A stretch of DNA of 64,000 nt from Eledone cirrhosa. Its lineage: Eukaryota. How positions within the stretch are numbered: position 1 is the stretch's first letter; the number at the start of each line of letters is the position of its first letter. Positions 53,436 through 64,000 of this stretch are shown one piece after another. Both the position numbers and the translations under genes were made by a program. The stretch lies in contig OZ024741.1 of NCBI GenBank assembly GCA_964016885.1, positions 126,046,001 to 126,110,000 on the forward strand, in the 5' to 3' direction. The notes beneath the pieces are model-generated. The model ran no database searches, was not told the origin of the DNA, and saw only the letters and a program-made list of their open reading frames with translations.

Positions 53436-55583
53436 AAAATATTAATAAATATAGACATTTATGTGATCAAATATATTTTATTATACATATTTCAGAGATA
53501 CTGAGCTATTTCAACAGTGCGTCCTCATCAGATAAAATAAGTTGATGCCTGACATACCTTGACTATGTTGATGGTTATAATTTAGTCATGGCAGTGATTA
53601 GTTATGACAAAACTCGATATTTATATACCTTAAGTTGAAACATGAAAAATTACATATAATACAGAGGGTGCGTATGAGAATGTGTACAAAGATATATAAA
53701 TAATTAATAATATATAATACATAAACTTATATAACTGTTAAAAAAATAATATATTCATACCTCATTATTGTTGATAGTGGAAGTGATAGATCGAGATAGC
53801 AAATCATGAGGAAAGAGAGAAAAAGAGAAAAAAAAGGAGATTTGATCGTAGGAACAAGAGAAGGGAGAAATGATCAAATGATAGAGAGAGGAAAATAAAT
53901 TAAATCGTATAATCAAAGGGAGGAAGATATGCATTGTAACATGTAAATAGCGTATAATTAGATAGGGGCAAAGAATATATCGTAACCGTTTATTTTCAAA
54001 TCTTAAGTTAATTGAAAATAGTCAATTAATCAAATGACATAAGATTTTAGACTATAAAATTTTAAAGGATTTATATTATTGTATTATATCTGAGTTCAAG
54101 CAAATGTAACGTGAAAGAGATAAATTTATGTCTATCATAACTCCAAAGGTATTCACAAGTATATTTAAAAGTATATTAAAATCAAGAATATAATCAATAT
54201 GTTGGTAAAAAAAAACCTTAAAATTAAAATGTTATTAATAAGTCATAAAGCATTATAAATGTATCTAATAAGATATTATTAAACCAGATTTATCTAGATA
54301 TACACATTTACATAATATATATATAGACTATAAATTTTAAGGTTTAAGACGATATTAGTCACTTATATGTAGTATAATTTCTGTTGAGAGTGTTATAAAT
54401 TTAATTCAACTAGATTTTACTGTATTTAAAATTTTACATGAATTTAAGTATACAAAAAAAATTTATCAATTTGGATCTAAGGAGACTTTTATACTATAAA
54501 TGTATAATCATATCCTCGTGAATCGTAAATAACCATTCAAAGTAATTAAACGGTTTACAAGCCTGAATACATTAAAGGTATCAAATATATAAGATATAAG
54601 ATTTAGAAAATACGAAAACCAAAATTAAATGTATTTAAACAATCTAAAGGTCATACGTACTCAACAAGAGATCAGGTTAACAATTTCAATGTTAAGGTAG
54701 AAAACCTTAATCTAATATTAATAATAGTATAAATAATAAAAGCATTACAAGAATTTTTAATCTGAGACAATATTGTTTCACACTCAGAGTTATTAATAAA
54801 CGTCTAAATCATTTCACATTTATTCAATGTTTTCTCCTGATTTTTTGTGAAGCTTGGAATGTAGATGTAACTTTGTGCAAGCAATTTGAGAATAATTCAC
54901 TTTTTTTGTTAATTAACTTATCATAATTAGTAATTATTAATAGGGTCTCCATATCACAAAGATTGCAGTTAGGTGATACGGAGGAATTAATGTAGACTTG
55001 GCTATTACAAAGTTTTGACCAATATATTGAGTACTCTAAATTTTTGTCTTTCAAGGCCCATATGAGTTGTGATAAAGAGTTGGAGATTTTCTTATCTGGA
55101 TTCGAAAAAGAGTGCTTGTGATTCGAATATCTTAATTTAAAGCTCGATGAGGTTGCTCCTATATAGTTGTAGGTGATGTTATTTGCATTAACAGTACATT
55201 TATAAACTAAGTTCTTATCAAGACAATTATTTTGCAGAGGGCAATTCGATCTATTTCTACAGTTACATTTCGATTTACTGTTATTATTATAATTTAAACT
55301 GTACACGTTATCATTGCTAATAGTTGGAGGTGTTCTGTTGTGAGTGGTTAAGTTAATGTTATTGTTATTTGCAGTATCAATATTATTGCTAATGTTAATA
55401 TTGCCATTATCCCTAATTGTTTGTTGGTTATGATTAAGAATTCTACTATTTATTTTTGCAATATCTGTGCCATATTCATAGTTGTTGAGTATGATAGTTT
55501 AATTGTATGTCTATTGAATATAGAATGGTATTTATGTGTACTGGGAAAGCATTTATCTAAAGCCTTAAAGAATAAATTTGCCA
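53436..55583 (-). mobile_element. Second, diverged copy of the Nematis-type PLE (GIY-YIG + 3'UTR + HHR)
   Basis: ORF 54824-55306 is highly similar to 17728-18234; KALDKCFP..HKYHSIFNRHTIKLSYS; homologous 3' end. Confidence 0.92.
53474..53539 (-). ncRNA. Type I hammerhead ribozyme at the PLE 3' end
   Basis: tattttat-CTGATGA-ggacgcactg...cagtatctct-GAAA-tatgtaT-A-ataaaata. Confidence 0.75.
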
Positions 55584-56227
55584 GTAATGATTCTCCCCAG
55601 CAACTGTGGTTCAGTTTCATGACGCTTGGGAATGTCTTGACATACCTGCATGCACCGCTTCTTTTGGTCATCGTTCAGTAGCTTCGTTACCATCTTTGCG
55701 CAGATCTTCCGCATGCCCAAATCTTTAGTGATAATCTTCCAAACGCTGTCGCGGATCCATACCGGCTCACTTGCGATCAATCAAGCAGTCAGCCAACAGT
55801 CACCACGTACCACATGCCACACGCACTCAACGTTCGTCTCAGTCCTGCTCGTCGAAGACCTTCCGCTCTGGGGATCGTCTTCCACGTTCTCACGTGCCTC
55901 TATGAACATTTTGTACCACATGAAAACCTGTGAGCGCAACATCACTCATCTTCGTACACTTGCTGCAGTATTCCGAGTGCATCTGATAGATTTCCCCCCA
56001 GCCAGACCAGAAACCTCAGGTTAATTCGTTGCTCTGTGTCCATCATTCGATGGCTTAAAATTGAGGAGTTGTTAACAAACGCACATGAAAAAGCATACAA
56101 TGGTTGCAGAGAACTGAGATCGCAGTAATATACTCTCCGGCTATTACATCATACGGTGTCACAACCTGCTAATCCCTACCCCAGTGATATCTTATACACT
56201 GTCCTCTTACCGTTCTGACGCACCGTG
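55582..56227 (-). mobile_element. Tc1/mariner 5' fragment
   Basis: TA + TIR-like cacggtgcgtcagaa; EDDPQSGRSSTS, ITKDLGMRKICAKMVTKLL, GRIITG. Confidence 0.88.
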
Positions 56228-56242
56228 TATATATATATATAT

Positions 56243-56559
<317 letters not shown>

Positions 56560-56789
56560 ACAAAGAAATATACAGACACATGCGAATACATACATATACA
56601 TGCATATACCCACATATATTCCTGAATTTGAGTGGTGCCAACCTTAACCGTTGTTGCTCTATGAGTAATAGGGACAAAATAATCTGAATGGATTAGATTG
56701 ATTCAATATCAGAGCTATATAATACATTATAAAGAAAGAAGAAACATTAGATATAAATAAAAAGATATAATATACCTAAATTCCTTCAT

Positions 56790-56885
56790 TATCCTCGACT
56801 ACGTAGTTTCGTGGCTATTATGCAAAAACATTACATCATAGAGATGCAGTATTTTTGTGAGGTTTGCCGACTTATCAAGAGGATA
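56790..56885 (-). ncRNA. Type I hammerhead ribozyme, U3-A8 variant
   Basis: Exact inverted copy of 57192-57287. Confidence 0.78.
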
Positions 56886-57191
56886 CCTCATTTAGAGTTT
56901 CAAAACACGTCCGTTGGACGCGAGATAGAATCCCGAGATAGAATCCGGTAGAGTAACCACTGAAGTATAGTGACTGCTGTTAAGCTTACACTAATCACAC
57001 TTCTCGCCCTCCTAGCCAACTCTTCTACGGCCTGGACATAAATACCCCCTCCGCCTTTTGTGGTATTTTTCTCTTGGTTGTAAGAGGCTTAGCTCTGTTT
57101 CTTGACCACTGTATCACGTGATAAGTTCCCCCTCCACCTTTCGGGATTCTATCTCGCGTCCAACGGACGTGTTTTGAAACTCTATTTGAGG

Positions 57192-57287
57192 TATCCTCTT
57201 GATAAGTCGGCAAACCTCACAAAAATACTGCATCTCTATGATGTAATGTTTTTGCATAATAGCCACGAAACTACGTAGTCGAGGATA
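57192..57287 (+). ncRNA. Type I hammerhead ribozyme, U3-A8 variant
   Basis: tatcctc-TTGATAA-gtcggc...gccac-GAAA-ctacgtag-TC-gaggata; 7-bp stem I; palindromic ACTACGTAGT stem III; GUC site. Confidence 0.8.
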
Positions 57288-57338
57288 ATGAAGGAATTTA
57301 GGTATATTATATCTAATGTTTCTTCTTTCTTTATAATG

Positions 57339-57461
<123 letters not shown>

Positions 57462-58075
57462 CCGCAGATGAGTATTTAAAAATAAACCTTTTTTTAAATC
57501 AGACAAAGCAATTAGGGTTGAGCTTTATCAAATATTTTTAACCCCTTTGAATGTTTAAAGCAACATTTAAAACATGACTTCATGAAGTTCAGTTCTTACA
57601 TTTAGACTCTTTTCAAAGAATATTGTTTTAGTCCAACACACACATGCATATTGTAAAAGGAGTGTGGTTAGGGATATAAGGGGAGGAGGAGAGGAGGTAT
57701 CTCTAAATAAAAGCAATGTCACCACAAATTCAAACATATTTCTCTCAAATCTCTGTACTAAGAAATCCTGAATCTCCCTGAGAATTATTACATTAAATGT
57801 ACACATGTACGTAGAAAGCTCAGCCATCTGCACGTTAATTTCATGAACAGCTTTATCTATTAATTGAATAAAACTGATACGCTCATCGTCAAAACCGACG
57901 GATGTCCAATCCATCACAGAATACATGGCTAAATCATTACCTTATAAAGATATCATTTTATTGACAGAAGAACATAAATTTATATAAGTGCAAGACATTC
58001 TTAATGAAAATAGATGCGATTCTCTGATATCCTAGCAAGAAGTCTTGTGTGTGATAGCCTATTAATTATAGTAGA

Positions 58076-58746
58076 CTAGCTGAGGTGCCCGGCTTCGCCC
58101 AGGAGAACAGTTAAGAGAAGACGGATAAAACAGAAAACGACCGTATTGGATGTGTTTTTCTCGTATGAGGTGAGACCGTAACGTGTGTGTGGGGGGGGGG
58201 GGGGAGGGGGGTATGTGTGAGAGAGACATAAAAAAAAAATAATCATAAAACTTCCTTATTAGGCTGGGGGAGTAAAACTGCCGATTAAATGGTAGCATTG
58301 GCCTTGGATTTTAAATGTGAAATAACCATAGTCAGTATGATCTTTTTCAGCTCCAAAGGACGTCATCTGAAACACAGCAATATACCGCATAACATTGCTT
58401 CTGAAGTGTTGCTTCGTTAGTACGGACTGTAAGTAGTATACGGATAAAAGCTGGAGGGTAGATTAATTTCAAATAGTATCAATTTTTCTTTGTTCTGTAA
58501 AATCAAAGACTGTAAAACGACTTTATAAAAGCTAACGCAATATAGTTAAACCTTCAACTGATACTTCTGTGGGACGTCTTTCTCTCTTTGTTTCTCCCCT
58601 CTCTCCCTCTCTCTCTCTCTCTCTCTCTGAATACCAAACACTTTAATTGTATCTTTCTCTGTATAACGGCTTATCTCTCTCTTTCTGCCTCTCCCTCTGT
58701 GTCCCTCTCTCTTTAGATGTGTGTGTATGTGTGTGCGTGCACGCGC

Positions 58747-58802
<56 letters not shown>

Positions 58803-58878
58803 ATATGTAGTTTTCGTCTGATTAAACCAACCAACCAACCAACCAACCAACCAATACACATCTTTCTTTTATATTATA
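58076..58878 (-). mobile_element. Non-autonomous Helitron
   Basis: 3' CTAG end with GC hairpin (ctagctgaggtgcccggcttcgcccagg on +); 5' end tataatataaaagaaag next to a microsatellite. Confidence 0.7.
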
Positions 58879-60587
58879 CTAGCATTAAAGCCCGGCGTTG
58901 TTCGGGGTCAGTAAGTTACCAAAGTTAGGTTGCACCACCCATTTTATGGCAGCACTTTTTTGTCTGCCAGGCACTGGGTGAATGAAAACCCATCGATGGA
59001 GGTCGGGTACAGTGACCTCATTTACAACAGGGCGCTGCTTGAAATCAAAGATACTGTTCTCGATATGGGCGGTAGTGCGTTGGCGGTGTATGGCCTACCT
59101 TCAACAAACCGGGAAGGCGCAAACACTCTGTCTTCGGACTTGCTGCGTGTGGGTCGTGGGAAGCTCTCGCAGCAGTAGCAGAAGCCACCTTTGCAATCCT
59201 AATGGACCGCCTATCTGCATCTTCAGAAGCCATGGAAGCAGTCATAGCCGCAGCATTTTTAGCAAGGCGAGTCGTCCGCCGTTCCAAACCTTCTGAAGCC
59301 CTGGAAGCAGCAGTAGCCGCAGCGTTTCTAGTCAGTCGAATCGCCCTTTGTTCTGGACCCTCTGAAGCCCTGGAAGCAGCAGTAGAACGGCGTTTTTTGA
59401 ATGATGTATCGCCCGCTCTGAATCGCACATCGCCGCACGTCTCGAGGCGTCGTATGAAGCCATCTTGGCTAGGCGTGCGGTGCGCTGTTGGAAACTTTCA
59501 GCAGCTCTGCATTCCGCTGAACGTAAGGCGCTCTGTGAAAGTCTTAAAGCAGTTTCCTCGGTGGACTCGTTTGCTGTAATCGCCCTCTGCGCCGCTGCTG
59601 ACGCGGTATGGCGACCGAGGCGACTTCTCTTTTTAGGTGGCATTTTATGTCAAAAACAAAGGGTGAAAGTTAATTCTACAGCAAAATTGCCTTTGAAAGT
59701 ATAAGGCTGAAAACTGGAGGCGCTCCGCAGGGGAAAAAAAGGGGAGAACGAACGACAAATAAATAACTCACAGTTTGGTGAAAGCGCGCTTCTGTCAGCA
59801 AGTGGAAGTTGTTTGGCCAAAAATCCCTATGTTGTTTCTGTTTTCAATCAATAAACGTTTAAATATGTTATACACAAAATGTAATTGGGGGTGAGTTGGA
59901 AAATAAATAGTCGTTGACTTAAGTTAGACCATTTACAATATTCTTATTGACTTTTAGTCGAATCAGTTTGATATCCTGTCTATTTATTAGGGGTGGTTTA
60001 GTGACCTCTCATAGAGGATATTATTGTGTATAGTAAATAAACTGATACCACGTTCCTAACACACATCAAAAACAAACGTTCTCTCTTTCTGTCTCTCACT
60101 CTCTCGCTCACTTCTTTTTTTCTCTCTCTCTCCTCCACTTTCTGCGTTCTTAACACACTCAAAAACAAACGTTCTCTCTCTCTGTCTCTCACTCTCTCGC
60201 TCACTCCGGTCACTTTTTTTTCGCTCTCTCTCTCCTTCATTTCTTTCTCTCTTCTTTCTTCCGCGTTCCTAAAGGAAGTTTGTAAGGAGGGGGTTTAAGC
60301 GTATATAAGAGAAAGTTGCAGCATGTATGTAGTTTTATCGATTTTTAAGGAGAGTAGAGAGAGGAAATCAGATTGTATTAGAGGGATAAAGCGACATGTA
60401 TTTAATTTTATCGATTATTTCAGTAATTCGGGGTGAGTTGGAAAAAGATAAATAGTCGTTGAATTAAGTTAGACCATTTACAACATTCTTACAGACTTTG
60501 AGTCGAATCGGTTTGAAATTGTGCAAATGTATAAACATGGAACATGCACACACACACACAACAACAACAACAATCTGCCTTTATAGA
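58879..60587 (-). mobile_element. Internally deleted Helitron with STPR-like N-terminus and an inverted RepHel fragment
   Basis: 5'-TC...CTAG-3' at an A|T target with a subterminal hairpin; MPPKKRSRLGR + E..EQR..RL repeats; YNRALLEIKDTVLDMGGSALAVYGLP on the opposite strand. Confidence 0.82.
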
Positions 60588-61061
60588 TAATTATAGATAA
60601 TGATGATATAGATGATGAATGAAACGATATATAATGGCAGACGTTACGTCGAGAAAATCTGATTTGAAAACCTTGGTTTCTCTTAGTTTATCAATATGAC
60701 ATTCTCAAGATTCTTTTCCAATTATCACATTCATTTCAACTATAATATACACAATAATTAGAAATCTATTCCTCCCACAGACATTTCTGTTTCATTAACT
60801 GTTCACTTGATTTTTCGTTCTTTTCTTCTTCACATTTCTTTTTTTTAATATAAAAATTATCCTTTAACAAATGTCAACAACATAATATGCATATATGATT
60901 TACCGTTAAAATTGTTTTTTGTTCAATTGAATAAGATTCCATTCACAGTTTTTGTTTTCTTCTTTTCCCTCCTTATTTTACAGTAGTATTTAAATTCAGA
61001 GCTAAGTGATAACTTGAAATAATTTTCTGTTTTCGTTTTCATTCTGAATATATATCAATGA

Positions 61062-61191
<130 letters not shown>

Positions 61192-61213
61192 CTATATATA
61201 TATATACACACAA

Positions 61214-61265
<52 letters not shown>

Positions 61266-61460
61266 TATATATATACACTGAAGAGATCACAGAATGTGTG
61301 ACGAAAGTAGTTTGACAATATATGAACAATCGTCTGGTTGTAGAACCAACCAACCGGAAATTTATAAATTCTTAAATTTATAAATTTAATTTATAATAAA
61401 TTGGAGTGAAAGCAACTGGTGCGTGTGTTTCTTATTGGCAACATGAGCCTCTCAAAGCAT

Positions 61461-61621
<161 letters not shown>

Positions 61622-62017
61622 CGTGCGTGTGTGTGTGCGTGCATATATATATATATATATTCGACAAGGCATTTATTTCTCCTCAATTAATAGTTTTCTA
61701 TATTGGATTACACAACCATAGATTTATAAAAAGACAAAAAGGTTAATGACGAGAGGTAAAGTTTGAAACTCAAGCTGAAACACGATAAAAGATTATAAGA
61801 AGTTGGTTTTATCCGAGAAGTTTTAAAGATATATATATATATATGTGTATATATATATGTATGTGTGTATATATATATGTATGTGTGTATATATATATGT
61901 ATGTATGTATATATATATATGTATGTATGTATATATATATGTATGTATGTATATATATATATATGTATATATATGTGTATATATGTATATATATGTATAT
62001 ATATATATGTATGTATG

Positions 62018-62257
<240 letters not shown>

Positions 62258-62963
62258 AATAAAAGGAATTCCAACTTTGTCTGATTTACTCGTTTTATTT
62301 ACAATCCTTTAAAATTATAATGAAATAGTATGGTAGAATATTAAATGTTAAATGTTAATTGAACAAGTACTTTCATGCTTTCGCAATCTTCAGGTTCAGA
62401 TTCAGTGGTGACAGTCAAGTTTGCAATTTTCAACTGTAATGAGATGGCTAAAATATGTGCCTTATATACAGAATGCTAAGTTTTGCAAATTGTATTTCGA
62501 TCAATCGGTGTGTGGTTTCACTAGATTACTAAAGCTGATTGGTTTAGGTGTCACGGTTGGTTTAGCATGTCTAACGACTTCTATTTGATCCTATCCAAGC
62601 ATCAATTATTTTGCTATTTTTAGAAATGATGAAAATAGCATTTTCTAGGGTTTTTATAAAAAATCTTCAGTAATCATCACCATCAACATCACTTTTATTA
62701 TTATTATTGTTGTTGTTGTTAGTGGTGGTAGTCGTCATGGTCGTAGGCGTAGTCATAGTAGGAGTAATACCCCTAAGCATTATTATTGTTCATTTAGCTT
62801 GGGTTGGAATTTATCAATAAAATTATTTTCTTTAATTTTTCTCTTGATTTCACTTGGGCTGTGTAATTTGTAGAATGGGAATATTATAAATACTTTCTGA
62901 CCACATGTTGCTAGATGGTTACTCATGTATACACACATATATATATGTATATATATATATATG

Positions 62964-63129
<166 letters not shown>

Positions 63130-63147
63130 TTATATATATATATATTT

Positions 63148-63794
63148 TTAAGTTGAGACAGTAAACAGAAAACAAAAAAAACAACGTCGAAGCGAAGAAG
63201 CAGTACAAATGTTAATATTAGTTTCACGCTTGAGAGTGGGGGGGGGGGGGATCACGTTTCGGGCATAAGCCCTTCATCAGGAGAAAAGTGGGCAGGAAAA
63301 GAGTTCCGAGGGTGTGTGGAGGAGTGGTGGAAAGACATAAAAAAACGGGGGGGGGGGGAGAGAAAAGGGAGGAAATATTTTTTTTTAGAGAGTAAAAAAA
63401 TTAAAAAGAAAAAGAAACAAGTGGTGAAAGGGTGTGAGGCGTGTAGAGGTGGAGGGGGTGGAGAGGGGAGAGGGACACGGGGGCTCCGAGCGGGGAGGGC
63501 TGAAGGTGGTGTGTGTGTATGTGTATAGGTGTACCTGTGTGTGTGTGTGTGGATGTGAATGTGAGTGTTGGAGGAAGAACGAGGTTCCATGTTCGGGTAA
63601 TAGGGAAACCGGTGTGTACATGGGGTGGCGTGTAAGTCGGTGTGTGTGTGCGTGTGGATGAAGAGGGGTCAGAGGGGGTGGGGGAGAGGGAGCGTGTGGA
63701 GTCCGGAGGCTGAGTGTGTGTATGTGAGGAAACGCACGTGTGTGTGTGTTTATATGTGGTGTGGATGTATGGTTGCGTGGTGCGAAAATAGTGT

Positions 63795-63827
<33 letters not shown>

Positions 63828-64000
63828 CCTGGAGTTTTTCCACGGATTGTGAGACCGGATGTCTGAGTGTAACAGGGTGGATGGCTGGAGCGACGGACCG
63901 GTGGTGTAAAATCCTGGTATGGTAATGAGGAAGTGGAGAGTTATGGGGTGCGCGCCCAACAGGAAGTGGTCAGAGGGTCATGGCAAGCCGAAGGAGGTGG
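63148..64000 (-). mobile_element. 3'UTR of a second Neptune-type PLE copy (runs off the window)
   Basis: Reverse complement is homologous to ~22400-23230 (accaccttcagccctccccgctcgga, gggcttatgcccgaaacgt); ends at (TA)n. Confidence 0.85.
63252..63283 (-). ncRNA. Minimal hammerhead motif, cleavage-site C apparently lost
   Basis: ctc-CTGATGA-a-gggc-ttat-gccc-GAAA-cgT-ga. Confidence 0.6.

Noticed and set aside
61271-61325. CTGAAGA-gatcaca/tgtgac-GAAA hammerhead-like motif
   Set aside because: Stem II is good but there is no U16.1 or convincing stems I/III; at best a decayed relic

Overview
AT-rich, microsatellite-dense animal genomic DNA, most likely cephalopod/Octopus-like (inferred from the SINE families and the (TA)n/(CA)n load). 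No host protein-coding exon can be supported; almost all listed ORFs are microsatellite read-through or transposon relics. The window holds three kinds of Penelope-like retroelements (PLE; RT + C-terminal GIY-YIG): 15710-19445 and 53436-55583, 19833-23233 and 63148-64000, and 24469-28352 with pseudo-LTRs. It also holds CRE-, RTE- and I-type LINE relics, a mariner fragment, a hAT MITE, two tandem Helitrons and many tRNA-SINEs. The main signal is about 20 type I hammerhead-ribozyme (HHR) motifs from roughly 10 sequence families. Many sit in short non-coding, head-to-head fold-back (palindromic) elements inserted at (TA)n: 11952-12397, 13375-13840, 15000-15450, 36456-36813, 56719-57343, and probably a split pair at 14277/29490. 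Arm-specific variants suggest the inversion is rebuilt at each insertion, and three of the elements share a 3' module with an autonomous PLE in the same window. Two non-canonical catalytic cores occur (U3-A8 covariant; CAGUUGA). All structures were read by eye; no folding or database search was run.
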